Source of the DNA: Octopus sinensis
Lineage: Eukaryota
DNA length: 64,000 nucleotides
Assembly: GCF_006345805.1 (NCBI RefSeq)
Contig: NC_042998.1
Coordinates: 82,274,001-82,338,000 of the forward strand
Direction: 5' to 3'
Shown here: one piece after another, positions 38,508 through 51,960 of the stretch
Position numbering within the stretch: the first letter of the stretch is position 1
Layout of the letters: each line of letters opens with the position of its first letter
Program-made: the position numbers and the translations under genes
The notes under the pieces: model-generated
Database searches by the model: none
Told to the model about the DNA's origin: nothing
Seen by the model: only the letters and a program-made list of their open reading frames with translations

Positions 38508-40520
38508 GCGAGTCATTTATCACAATATAAATCTTAGCTTAGTGCACATTTCTATCTGAAGAGATTGTGATGTAATAGTCGAAACACTAACTCCAGGATA
38601 AAATCCTAATGAATGACTTAATCACTGTTTCTAAAGATGCATATTGAACCTGAATGTTTATGAGTCATAGAAATGCTAAAATATAAAGGCTGCGAGTGGA
38701 AGTTGAAATTATACTGCAAATTCTTGATGCAGAGAACAGAATCATACAGTTCTATTTTTATTTCTAACCCTTAAATTAAGTAGTACCTACGTACTTAGTA
38801 AATAAGTTCTTGAGCCCGAAAACGTACGTCATATGTAATTTTGCATCTGATAAACATTAAACAATGACCCATGAAATCACAAGCTATCGTGTTAATTAAC
38901 AAAAACATTAGTTAATATTATCATAGATACATCTTTTGAAATTTTTCTTTAAAATGTGATGGGCAAAACCGGGTCATATTTCAATATTTGAATAGAGTTC
39001 TCTCGGTGCCTACACAACACCAAGAAGATTTTAAAAAGGATTAAGAATTCGCAAATGTAATTTTCTGACAGTAATGTACAATGCCTTACTAAAGTTTAGA
39101 TTTAGATTGTGATCAGTGACTCGCTCTGTATGTGTCTACTATACTCTTTTTACCTTGCGCGGATTTTGACCAGCAAGTAAATATTTTGCCAGCACGAAAG
39201 TACAGAGATTTCTCCTGTGACAAAATAAGTGTTGAATGAAAACATTCGACCTGCCAAAAACTGAAAATAAAAAGAAAACTTTTGCATCACACCTAAAAAT
39301 GTTCTTTCTATTTACACTAATATTTTCTATTTATTACTTATTTTTTTTATTTCCAAACTCACTGGTATATTCTCACAAAGGATAAAAAAGAAAATTTCTT
39401 AAAAGTTTTGAAAGGTTATATGTAATATCAATTTTTCTTCTGTACAAAATCAGTATAGTCATATGAAATGAATTACGAATATCAAAAACAAAAACAAAAA
39501 AGTCCACCAATAAACCGTTTAAAATCTAAATATGAGATTTAAATCTGACAAAGATTCCCTGATAAGGGTTATACTATAATCTCTGTATATTTTTTATTAT
39601 TTTCATCTTATGTTCGTTGAAGTAATTGGACGGCAACCCCATCAAGGCACCGCTTGAAAAATTTATTTGGACAAATCGACTCTGATACAAATTTAAGCCA
39701 GGTAGTTATTCATTCTCTGAGTCACTTTTTTCTGAATCGCCAACTTGTGATGGGGACATAATACAAGTAACACCAGTTATCGACATTTGAGGAAATAAAC
39801 AAACACAATAATGCATATGCATACGCAAACATCTCGTTCTCCCTCTTCCTCTGTCTCTGTCTCTTCATATATATATATATACAAAAACATATATATATAA
39901 TTGATGGTGACTTTGAAGTCTCGGCCAGTTAAGCAATAACTGAAAATAAAATCATATATATATATTTAAAGAGATTTATGGAATTTCTTTATATAATAGT
40001 CAATTCCATGTCGCCTACACATGTTTCAATTTCTCACCTTCATTCATATTTTACAATTAATATCACATTATGAATTTAAAAGGTAAAAAAAATCTCTTCA
40101 GGGCAAAATTGACCTAAATTCATTTACATCCTAATGGAAGGAGAGTTCATTATAGACAGAATGGCAGTGTATGTATGTGTATATGTGTGAGTGTGTGTGT
40201 GGGTGTGTGTGTTGGTGTGTGTGTGTGTGTGTGTGTGTGTGAGCATGTGGATCTCTGGATTCTCTTCTAAAAATGTCTACAGGTTAATCTGCGACCATGA
40301 TGGACAATGGCTAGTTGCAGTACTGAAGAATTAGGTCATGCTACTATTCACCCCTAATGAAATTTAGATCAACTTTTTTAGAGGCTGGCTGTTACTCTTC
40401 TCCCTACTCACTTGTCAGAAGAATAAAACAAGAATAAAACAAGAATAAAACTTTTATTATTAGTATAATTCTTTATTTTATTTATATAGTTGTATTAATC
40501 TTATTTATTGGTAGTTTGGG

Positions 40521-40560
<40 letters not shown>

Positions 40561-41599
40561 TCTTGTTAAATTAATTTGTATTTACTTTAAAGGGAGTACG
40601 ATTCACAATGTATCATATGTCCGGAATTAGATTATTTTCAAATCGTGAGAGTACATTTGCTTTTAAGATTTCTTCCTATGTCTATTTGGATGTTATCATC
40701 CATTAAAAGAAACATAGGAACACATAGGACGTTGGGTCAAAACCAGCAGAATTTACTGTATCAAAAACTACAACAAAGAGGCTTTAATTCTATAGTCATT
40801 AAAAACAGGCCGTACTTAATTTTGTAAGAAAAGCAACGCTTTCTATCAGTAATATCCCTTAAGCTTCAGGAAACGAGGTGTTGCAGCCCAAAACGTGGTA
40901 TTGTAGTCTGAAATGAGATAGTGTAGCATATATAATTACAATTACTATAATAAGACTAGTACTTGATTACTCTCTACACATCCTAACAAATAATCATAGT
41001 TTTTACCACGGGATACAGCCAACATTACCGATTCTATTAATAATTGACTTGGTTTCTTTGTAGAGATAAAAGGCGAAACCAATTCTGACAACATTTCAAC
41101 ACAGGAAGTGGACTAATTCAGTGCTTAACTGGTTTTATTCCGATTCCTGTCTTTGATTTTCTACTGTAATTCTTAAAGGAAATTAACACTTTATTATTTT
41201 TTACTGAATGATATGCTTTGGTGTTTGTAATATGTGGTAATATCGAATTTTGTAAAATAATTAAAACCACCCAGACGTATCTGTAAAACCGAAATTATGT
41301 TATGAAGAGTTATGTACTAATTAATCTCAGATGGAAACCAATCGCTTGGTTGGACATAGCATCAATGATTTTACAGATGCCATACAACTCTAATCGTATC
41401 GCGGTCAAATGAATTCGCAAACCAGTCACATTTAAGATTAAAAAATTTTGTCTGGAGGCATTTAACCATGATACTAAACAATTACGTTCACCATATTCAT
41501 TAACATTGCATTACTACAGAAAATTTAGAGGTACGATTGCGCGACGTGAACACGCACACACACACATATATATATGAGTGTGTACGTGTATATATATAT

Positions 41600-41694
<95 letters not shown>

Positions 41695-42128
41695 CGTGTG
41701 TCCAAACGTTCAAAGCTTTTAGATAATTGCTAGTTTTTCCAATGAGCTACGTTTTAATTTGCAATATCACCGGTATTTTGTAACTGAAGTCTCAATAGGA
41801 TCATGCAATCGGGAGAAATATACATGCACTTCAGAAGTGTTCTCTAGTTCTTTCGTCACGCACTAGCTACAATTTAGATGAAAAGAATAGTAGTTTTACA
41901 CGAGGGTTATATCCGAAATGCTAAGTAAATTTCAAAATTTATCATGAATTGATAAATAATGCGAAAGACGTCTTAGTACCAAAACTAGAGAGGAGTTATT
42001 CCAAGTTCCACTTTTTTGTCTACTTACAACAACGTATATGCATGTATCTACATACACCCACATATTCACTCACCCCTGTATATATATATATAATATATAT
42101 AATAATATATATATATATATATATATAT

Positions 42129-42214
<86 letters not shown>

Positions 42215-42229
42215 TATATATATATATAT

Positions 42230-43260
42230 TTGTGGTGGCCCTCTCAGACATGTCCTCAGCGGTACAGTCTGCCAATCTGACCAGTTATGCTAACAATATG
42301 AAAGTACCGCAGGCAGATAGGAACCCAGAGGGTATCGTAAAACTGCAGAAAGATCTCAATGAAATATACAAATGCGCTAACAAAATTAACTGACAATTTA
42401 ATGCTATGAAATTTCAGGCACTCCACTATCAGCACAACACCAGGCTAAAATCGGAATACACTGGACCAGAAGGTAATATAGTCCCAGAGTCAATGTTGGT
42501 GCATAACCTGGGGGTTCATTGAGCAATGATGCAACATTCCATGTTCATATTACCAAGATGGCAACACCGCGGAGACGAGTAGCTGAATGGATTCTGAGGA
42601 TGTTCAGAACTAGGAAAAGGGAGGTTCTGCTATTCCTATGGCGGACGTTCGTTCTTGGACTACTGCGCCTAACTATGGTCCCGGGAGAGTGTGATACAAA
42701 CTGTGGAACTCGAAGCAATCCAGCGCCAATACACAAAGAAGATTGACTTGATACAAAAGATGGGCTTCTGGGAGAGGCTAAAGGAGTTGAGTCTCTATTC
42801 CCTGGAGAGAAGACAAGAGAAATATGCGGTGACATATAGTTGGAAGATCTTAGAGAGTTTAACTCCTAATTTTGGAATTGACAGCTATACCAATACACGA
42901 ACTGGATGGCAGAGCATCATACCAAAGATCACGTCTTCCCCATCTAAAATAAGGACACAGTACTGCTTTAGTCACGGATACAAGGGTCCGCAGTTGTTCA
43001 ACATCCTGGCTGGTAACCTTAGAGATCTACATGGCATTGATGTAGAACTTGTCAAGGAACGTCTGAACAGGTTTCTATCTGAGATACCAGATGAACCCAT
43101 ATGACGGCAGGAGACACAAAGAAGAGTAGCTCTGCCCAGATAGCCACTTCACCAAAAACAATACCGGAAACAACACCGAATAACTACAGGTGATTCACCA
43201 GCATGACTTCAGCCCTGGGCTGAAACCAGCAAAAGATAAAAGATAAATAAATAAATATAT
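42230..43260 (+). mobile_element. 5'-truncated CR1-like LINE (RT C-terminal half and 3' tail), pseudogenised
   Basis: YANN (YADD-like)...LQKDLNEIYK...FNAMKF...LGV...ELEAIQRQYTKKI...YSLERR...GPQLFNIL...IPDEP; tail cagccctgggctgaaac then aagataa repeats. Confidence 0.85.
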
Positions 43261-43277
43261 ATATATATATATATATA

Positions 43278-43480
43278 TTCTTTTACTTGTTTCAGTCATT
43301 TGACTGCGGCTATGCTGGAGCACAGCCTTTACTCGAGTAAATCGACCCCAGGACTTATTCTTTGTAAGCTTAGTACTTATTCTATCGGGTCTCTTTTACC
43401 GAACCACTAGGTTTCGGAGACGTAAACGCAGTAGCATCGGTGGTCAAGCGTTGTTGGGCAGACAAACACGGACACACAGA
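43278..43480 (-). mobile_element. SINE family A body and tail
   Basis: cttttacttgtttcagtcatttgactgcggctatgctggagcac...aatcgaccccagga...gacgtaaac...gtcaagcg. Confidence 0.85.
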
Positions 43481-43488
43481 CATATACA

Positions 43489-43548
<60 letters not shown>

Positions 43549-44632
43549 CTTAGGCATAGCGATGCTAATTACGTGGCGTTAGAACTTAATATATCCATGC
43601 TTCAGAATAAAGTGTCAGTTGAGTACAGAGCAGTTATAAATCATGCTATTAGATGTACTGCACTCATATTTGATGCGTCGTCGGAGCTTTGAACACGAAG
43701 TGCTATTTCGTTTGGGAAATGAAATTTAGGACAACATTCTTCCTTACAGAGAAAAGCATTACCAACGAACGAAAAAGCATAAACATATGTAGGAAATTAA
43801 TTCATGGGTTTGAGGGGAAACGCCCCATCAGAGGTAGACTGAGAAATGTTTGTTTATTTGTGTGTGTGTGTGTGTGTGTAAGTATAGGTCTCTGAAGAAC
43901 TCCTATGAAAAGAAGTAAAAATGGCGTAAAGAAGACAAATAAAAATATGTCCTAGGAGCAGAGATACGTTGAATGAGACAGGAAAAGTAAAAAGAAAACC
44001 AGAAATGAAGTGAAAAAAGAGAAAGGGACGCAGAAAAGCGTTGGTGAAGGTAGATTAATATATTTCTACGTAAGGTTCTTAGGCAGATTGACCAACAGGT
44101 GAACTGAAGGGAACTCCGTTTGAATGGCTCTACTGAATACCTATCAATGAGTGTTACCAATCTTAAGAAGAGAAATAATTCCTCTAAACATGAAGAACAA
44201 TTATACCTTGTAATATGCTAGTGCTATCCAAGCAAAAGGCACAAAATGAAACGCATTTAGCCAGACATCGAAACAGCTACTCGCCAAGTATTTACTACAA
44301 TGCTTGTTCAATACCAGAAAGAATAACTATACTGTAAAGATAGATTAATGATGTTTGAAATATAATAAATATCCCAAGCAGATCTCAGAAAAGTAAACGT
44401 CAATGAGAAACATTATATCATCATAATCTAATAAATAATCTTCAGTTAAATATTCCAATTTATTGTTCGCCTCGACTGCTATAAAAACACGTCAAGTGTA
44501 TTGGTAATAAGTAAAAACAAGGGCGTTAGTTTCATATGTCTACAGTGTCATATATCTGTATATCTATGCGTCTAAAGTCTGATGTAATATATGTTTGTGT
44601 GTGCGTGTGTACGTCCGTGTGTGTTATATACG

Positions 44633-44666
<34 letters not shown>

Positions 44667-44946
44667 TGTATGTATGTATGTATGTATGTATGTATGTATG
44701 CATGTATGTATGTATGTATGTATGTATGTATGTATGTATGTATGTATACACACACGGACACATGGTGTCATTTGTAAAGTCTGCCATGATATTGTTGACT
44801 AAGTATTGAAAATGAAAGCAAAAACAACGTGTTATACTCGAATATTCTATCGATATATTTCTTCTAACTTTTTTATAGTGAAACCAATATCACATATTGT
44901 TTAGAGTGTAATGTGCATGTACATACATACATGCATACATGCATAC

Positions 44947-45013
<67 letters not shown>

Positions 45014-45058
45014 CATATATATATATGTATATATATATATACATATATACATATATAA

Positions 45059-45089
<31 letters not shown>

Positions 45090-45120
45090 GTATATATATA
45101 TATACATATATATATACATG

Positions 45121-45177
<57 letters not shown>

Positions 45178-45574
45178 TTGCATGTATATGGAGATAAGAT
45201 ATATTTTCGAAGACCATGCTTCTGTGGTTTTTATGAAATTATATGCTCTTACACAAAAATACTCTAACAAAGTTTTCAATGCATTTGTTATTTTCATTAT
45301 CCGAGTGGTAACTATCTGCTCTTTTCTATTTTAGTAGTATTTTTTATGGTTATGGTCGAATATGCTGCAATGTATTTTATGACTAACAATATTATAGAAA
45401 ACGTATAAGATAACTCCTGATGAGTCGATGTTCTTTTTATTCAATTTATTTCACTTACTGCTCTAATGCATTGAATACAAGCATAAACATCACTACAGCT
45501 GGTAGCATCTAGTCAAAAGTGGAAAAACTGTGCGACGCATTTTATCCTGAAACGGGAAAGTATTGTCTGAACTC

Positions 45575-45810
45575 CAAAGACTCAAAGAGCTGCTTACCCG
45601 CTTTCTACGGCGTATGACTGGCCGAGATCACAATATTCCCTCGTCTCTGAACGGGAAACCAATTCATTGCAGCGTCCCTCATTCATGGCTGAGTAAGATG
45701 GAGCAACGTGAGATGAAGAGTTTTGGTTAAGGTCAAAATGCACCGCCTAGTCAGAGAATCGAAACCTCGGTCTTGCAACTCTGAATGCAGCACCCTAACT
45801 ATTAAGACTG
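45575..45810 (-). mobile_element. Old CORE-like tRNA SINE
   Basis: ggagcaacgtgagatgaagagttttg...gagaatcgaaacc (reverse B-box)...caccctaacta. Confidence 0.55.
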
Positions 45811-45980
45811 ACATTTGTACCATAACACGAGAAACCTGACCTAAATTTCTCCTACACAATGTTTAGATTAGGCCTACCTTCTAGTTTCGCTCTTCGATTC
45901 AGAATGACTTTAATAATCCAAATCACTGATAAATCATATTCAGTATTTAATTTTGAATTACATTATGTGTGTGTGTATGT

Positions 45981-46024
<44 letters not shown>

Positions 46025-46026
<2 letters not shown>

Positions 46027-46387
46027 TGTAGGAGTAATGGCTCAGTGGTTAGGGCAGCGGTTTGGCGGTCGTAAAAACACGGTTTCGATTCCCAGACCGA
46101 CCGTTTTTGAGTGTTTAATGAGGGAAAACACCTAAAGCTCCACGAAGCTCTGGCGAGGTGATGGAGGTGGCGAAAACTGCTGTACTCTTTCGCCACAATT
46201 TTCTCTGTGACTGTATTTCAAAGGACCAGCCTTTTCACACTGTGTGTCACGCTGAATTTCCCCGACAAATACGTGAAGAGCACGCCTGTTTGTGGAGAGC
46301 TCAGCCACTTGCACGTTAATTTCAGGAGCAGGGTGTTCCGTTGATCGGATCAACTGGATCACTCGTCGTCGTAACCGACAGAGTACC

Positions 46388-46390
<3 letters not shown>
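46025..46390 (+). mobile_element. SINE family C
   Basis: tggctcagtggttagggcagcgg A-box, ggtttcgattccc B-box; body and tail as at 17537. Confidence 0.85.
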
Positions 46391-46444
<54 letters not shown>

Positions 46445-46467
46445 GTGTGTGTATGTGTGTGTATAAA

Positions 46468-46736
46468 CACATAAATTGACAGAAAGAGATAAAAAAAACC
46501 AAGACAGTAAATAGATTTCATAGCATTTATCAAGAAAAAGTCTTGGTAAATGTTATGAAATCTATTTACTGCCTTGGTTTTTTTTTTATTTCATTCTGTC
46601 AATTTATATATACGTATGCTAATACATGATCCACATTGGACTCCTCACTCATATTATCGAGCCAGGAGCTTAACCACGGTCTATCCATAGTACTTTACCC
46701 GACACCTTTTGGGTCTTCCTGACACCAATACCTTTC

Positions 46737-46743
<7 letters not shown>
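46468..46743 (+). mobile_element. Foldback fragment of the 59339 HHR family (hairpin 46468-46607 plus 3' segment), ending in (TA)n
   Basis: aaattgacagaa...atttatcaaga / tcttggtaaat...ttctgtcaattt; gccttggtttttttt, ggtct.tc.atag.act and tgacacca shared with 59760-59950. Confidence 0.65.
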
Positions 46744-46794
<51 letters not shown>

Positions 46795-46929
46795 TCTTCC
46801 CTCTGTCGTAATAAATTCACGTCACTTAGATGCTATTCTCCTTAATGTTATCTGTTCTTTCTTCAACTAACTTAAGAAGTTTTAGTGAATAGTTAAAACG
46901 AAGCTAACACACACATATATATATATATC

Positions 46930-47128
46930 GCCAGGATAGATCGTTAGCCACTACACACATTTTTTTCTCTCCTTGTTTCTCTCCTTATTTTTTTGTATCC
47001 CTTTCTGTAGAAGAGCGTAGGCTCGAAAAGTAAAAGACTTTTTTCTATTCCTGAGCGTTATACTAATACATCTGTTTGTTTTGTACACCACCAGTCTTCG
47101 TCTTTTGTTTTTTCCGTAAACTCTCCCT
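46930..47128 (+). mobile_element. Family D element with minimal HHR-like motif at 47001-47036, TA-flanked
   Basis: cttt-CTGTAGA-a-gagc-gtag-gctc-GAAA-ag-TA-aaag. Confidence 0.7.
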
Positions 47129-47134
47129 ATATAT

Positions 47135-47231
<97 letters not shown>

Positions 47232-47253
47232 TATTATATATAATATATATATA

Positions 47254-47295
<42 letters not shown>

Positions 47296-48644
47296 TGCTA
47301 CATCTCCTTGTTTTGATACTAATAGTGACGAATAATACTTGCTCTGCAAATGAACTAATTAATAAACGAGCCAGTAAGGTAACACTTAGGAGGTAATTTC
47401 CTGTTAGAAATAACAGCGACGTCGCATTCATTTTGCAGAAAAAGAAACGTTTTGTAACATAGTTCTTGGTATAAGCAGAGACATGATGATAACGACTGCA
47501 AATTATTTCATCATAGCTGCGTTCAGCCAGGGTTGATATCTGCATAAACATCATCCGTGAAATATTATTCTCTGCGATACAACAAGCTCCCATAAATTTG
47601 TTCGGGAAGCAGCATAATCAACTATGATATATCGATCCAATTAACTTGTACTTAATAGTGGTAGAGATCAAACCCGTCTTAACCCAGTACAAATACCTAA
47701 CAATACTAACATCTGTTACTGTCCATTGGAATTTGCTTCCCTCATCTCATTAACTACTATTTATTCTTATCCGTAATCCAATATAGTGATTTATAAAGAA
47801 ATTCATAAATTTTATTTACATCAAACTAAACTGAGTCGGGTAAATGGAAACATTCTGGGTATAGATAGAGTAGTTCATATGAATGCAAAACAACCGTTTA
47901 CTGAACGACTAGATCATCTATTATATTTGATGTGCTCTGCCTCATCAAGATTTTGGCAAATTTCATGCAGATTCTCTACTCAACTGTCTCTGTCATGACA
48001 ATGCGAGATAACACGCTACACACGTTCCTTCCAACCAAGCACTGCTGGAAACAACAGAAGTGAGGCAGAACGTTAAAACCTAATGCGTATATACAGCAGA
48101 TTTCAAGGTCAATCTGTGCCAAGCGTGTTATACGTATGTGTCTGTGTGTGTGTGTATGTACATACATACGCACATACATATATCATTGTCATCGTTGTTA
48201 TTATAATTATTATTATTAGAAATCATTTAACTGTGAAAGAAAAGTATAAGAATGCAAGCACATCCCTTCTGGGCTTTCGAATTGTAGGAAAAGAGAAATG
48301 GAGCTGCTCCAGAACTGTTTCACAGGTTGGTGGGCGCTCTTCAGAACCTAAACGCTAGACTGCTTTTCGTAATCGATAGTTGTAGAAGACCTAGCCGCTC
48401 TATAAAGCTGTCAGAAACTAAGCTATTGTCGTATTAGACAGTTTAACTTACATCTTTATAATTTGATGGCATGCAGTTAGATAAAACGTATAACTATTCT
48501 GTAACCGTCGTGTAATCAGGATTAATGAAGTAAATTTACACATGAGAAGCTATTTAGATGTGAGAAAAGATTAATAGGAATGTAAACACAATTCTTCTCT
48601 GCACAGGATATTTATCGGCTATATAAACTAGTCTGATATTATTT

Positions 48645-48850
48645 GTTACTCTAGGCACAAGGCCCGAAATTTTGGGTGAGGAAGCAGTCGATTTGAATGA
48701 CACCAGTACATATCTGTTACTTAATTTATCGATCCCGAAAGGAGGAAAGGCAAAATAAACCTCGGTGGAATTTGAACTCAGAACATAGACAGACAAAATA
48801 CTGCTAACCATTTCGCCTGGCGTGCTAATGTTTCTGCCAGTTCGCCACCT
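48645..48850 (-). mobile_element. SINE family B
   Basis: ttatcgatcccgaaaggaggaaaggcaaaa...ggaatttgaactcagaac...ttctgccagttcgccacct. Confidence 0.8.
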
Positions 48851-49962
48851 TAACCAGTCTGATATTAAGATATTGCCATTGTGGATTGTTTAATTTGCTT
48901 AGTTGTACTTTGATGACATGTCGTGAATCAAACAATATACATGTTCTATATTATATATTTCTACGATTTTAGCATAATTTCTACCTGCTATATATAATGG
49001 CTATACATAATGTCAAGATTGTTTTTCCAGCATTGTAACCTTTGAGCCTCCTCCTTCACATATGCCAATACCTGTACATGGGCGCGCTCACACAAACATA
49101 CATACACACACCTATAGGTATATGTATATGCGTTTGTATACGTGTGTGTATGTGTGTGTACGTGTGTGAGTTTGCGTTTATAGTACACTGTTCCCCTACC
49201 ATTAAACAACATACCTAAGTGTAAGTACATGTTCGAAAAGTCAGAAATCTTACCTAGGTTGAACATTTTCAGATCACGTATATCTTGTATATATTACAAC
49301 TCAGCTATATCACTTGTGCAATGCGTCGATGTGTAAATACGATAAACACTTTAGATTTTACCTGACAAATTGATTAATGTATTAGACAACTATTTACATG
49401 TTAACATTTCCAGGGAATGCTGCCAAGCATAATTGATAATTTGTAGACAGATTTAAAATAATCTAATTGTTTCCTTTTAGTAAACAATATTTGTCTTTCT
49501 TATTTATGGTGGTGAGAAATGTGAGCAAGTGTTGTCTCTTGTTATATTCTTTCCGTTAAACGTTTTCGATTCTTGTTGACGACATCACACTATCACAGCT
49601 AACGTAGACTAGCAAACGAATTTATGCCGTAAAGATTATATATTCATCCATTTGAAAATAATCGAAGACGTTCTGTGGTTTCATTTCAAGTAAAAATAGT
49701 GGGTACGTTTTGGTTATTTCATGTGCCACAGTGCAGTGGGTGAGCTGAAAGGATCACTTATGCATATGACAAAGCTCCAGACTATAGTACTTTCCCCTCT
49801 ATATGTTCTGATTTGAAAACTCTCCGACGTCTATTTTGCCTTTAACGCTCTCGAGATCAAAAAAAGTAAAACACCAACCAAGTACACGAGTAGAAGTCAG
49901 AGAATAACTCCTTTACATTACTTACATTATTTGACAGATATTTGTCCTCATCTTGTTTGTTA

Positions 49963-50006
49963 ACACAACTCTTCGGCTCATATACCGTCCAGCTTTCATC
50001 AGGTGT
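49963..50006 (-). ncRNA. Type I HHR (partly decayed) at Penelope 3' end
   Basis: Reverse strand: acac-CTGATGA-a-agctg..gagcc-GAAG-ag-TT-gtgt; sister copy at 53630 retains gagccGAAAcgTT. Confidence 0.65.
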
Positions 50007-50043
50007 CGTGGGGGAAATTTTGAACCTGGATTCTCATTCCTAA

Positions 50044-50074
<31 letters not shown>

Positions 50075-50075
50075 G

Positions 50076-50146
50076 GGTCACTGCCTAGAATCGAACTAAT
50101 CTTGGGGTTAGTAGCCCGCACTCTTAATCACTGCGCCATATGCCTG
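50076..50146 (-). promoter_or_regulatory. tRNA-derived cassette (Pol III A and B boxes) inside the Penelope 3' region
   Basis: Reverse strand: tggcgcagtgattaa (A-box), ggg-ctactaa-ccc (anticodon-like arm), agttcgattc (B-box). Confidence 0.65.
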
Positions 50147-50995
50147 TGGGCAATTATGGAGTGAATTATAGGGCTTATAAATCTAATATTCTCCAATCCT
50201 TCCTTAATATTGGTTCCCATATGCTACTCATATATGCACTCGGTCTGTTTAGGAGATTGTTGTGTCCTAGCATATGTGCTGCTTCGTTTAGTTTCCGTAT
50301 TTTTTTAATGGTGTTCTCTGTCTATTATTTTAACTTTATCCCACAGGAGAAGGGGGTCTCCATTTTTCCATACATGATCAGCTATAACCGATTTATCAAT
50401 ATTTCCTCATGCCACAGCTTTGCGATGTTCGTCTACCCTTATTTTAAGGGGGCAGCATGTTTCGCCTTTGTATAACCTACCACAGATCCATGCGATGAAG
50501 TACACGCAGTCTTTGGTCATATTCTCTTGTATTGGTTTTACTCGAAATAGATATTTGCGAAGTGTTGTATTATTCTTGAATACTGTCCTGATGTCATATG
50601 GGCCACATATCTTTTGTTTCTTTTGGAAGAGGCCTTTCATATAGGGTAGATAGACTGTGGAATGTTTATTGGTTTCATCCTCTCTTTTCTTCATAATTGG
50701 AGAGGATAGTATGTTTTTTTGGGTAGTTGTTGCTTAATAGATTGTTATTGAGCTTGATCATTTCTTCTTGGTGTGTATCATGATCGCTACTTAAATTCGT
50801 TGTTCGATGTTTTAGGCACTGAGCAACAACACCTCTCTTTACACTGTATGGAAGTTGAGGTATCGTCCAGGTATCGTCAGGACAGAGATATATGCCTGTG
50901 AGATAGTTTTAGCACTTTTATTGAAGACAGCATTAAAATGGAACTAAAAATAATTATACGATTATCAGAAGATGATATTAGTGAATGACGGAACA

Positions 50996-51135
50996 GCGGC
51001 CACCTGGCAGCCTGGCAAAATCGTTACCACACTGTGCAAAATGTTTAGCGGCATTTCGGCCGTCTTTATGTTCTGAGTTCAAATAGCGCCGAAGTTGACT
51101 TTGCCTTTCATCCTTTCGGAGTCGATAAAATAATT
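50996..51135 (+). mobile_element. SINE family B
   Basis: ctggcaaaatcgtta...gttctgagttcaaat...gactttgcctttcatcctttcggagtcgataaaat. Confidence 0.8.
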
Positions 51136-51559
51136 AGGAAAAAGAATTGTTTAGTCAAAAATGAAATGCTGACGCCATCCTCATGAAAAACAGTATACGT
51201 GTTAGTGTTCGTATATTCAATGCCGGGACCAACATAAAGCTTATAGGGGTACAAATAAAAGACCAAGCATGTCCCAAATTGTGTCACCTGTTTTTCAAAA
51301 TATAAATCATCTTTTCCGATCAGCTTATAATTAATTCTAGTTAGATTTTAATACTTCTTGCACGAATTATAATACAAATCTGGAACCCGAAGGGAATGCT
51401 TGGTAATCAGTAGCCTCGGCACAACCGAATCAGCAAGGTAGTTCGAAGGGAGTTCAAAGAGTTTATTAACTGCAAGGTGTAAAACAATCTCACGTTTCCA
51501 GAACTAGAAGTCTTCTGAGAAATATTTTATACAAAGGTGTTATTATCTGCGTAATATCC

Positions 51560-51960
51560 CTGTGAATGCAAAACAAAATATGTTTGTGATGGGAGGAATT
51601 CAAATGCAGTACGTGAGGGAAACCAGTGATAAGTAATATGCGAGGAAGTTGACAGGAAATGAAGTAAAAAGTGGTTACGAGAGAGAAAGTTTCAAAGCAA
51701 ATCCAGCTTAGTTGAAATGAGAAAGAAGGTAGTGTGATCAAGTGAGGTGAGATTTAGTAGTAGGAGCACATAAAGACAAGCTTGATCAAAAGGACATTCA
51801 CACAGGTAGCATAGAAGCATGTACAAAGTGCAATAGGAGAGAGAAGGAATGACAGAAGAGTTTGATGAGAAGAGTAAGGATTAGACATAGTCAGTGTTAT
51901 GAGATGTTCATAGAAATAAATATCTGGTTAGACCTCTTGAGGGACCCGTATTCACATGCA
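51560..51960 (-). mobile_element. Possible very old LINE ORF2 3' fragment
   Basis: Pyrimidine-rich reverse strand with faint CR1/Jockey-like C-terminal character; weak. Confidence 0.25.

Larger units (their letters stand above)
49912..50875 (-). mobile_element. Penelope-type element 3' portion: RT thumb remnant, GIY-YIG endonuclease, 3' region with tRNA-like cassette and HHR
   Basis: ORF 50407-50694 VYLPYMKGL...TLRKYL...CVYFIAWICGRLYKGETCCPLKIRVDEHRK; upstream GRYLNF..YSVKRGVV..CLKHR. Confidence 0.85.

Noticed and set aside
45415-45505. ctgatga-gtcgatgtt...aacatcac...cagctg
   Set aside because: GAAA is absent and stem I is not evident; at best a badly decayed HHR.
50076-50146. Functional tRNA-Ser(ACU) gene
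   Set aside because: The acceptor stem does not pair well and the sequence is embedded in a retroelement; kept only as a tRNA-derived cassette.
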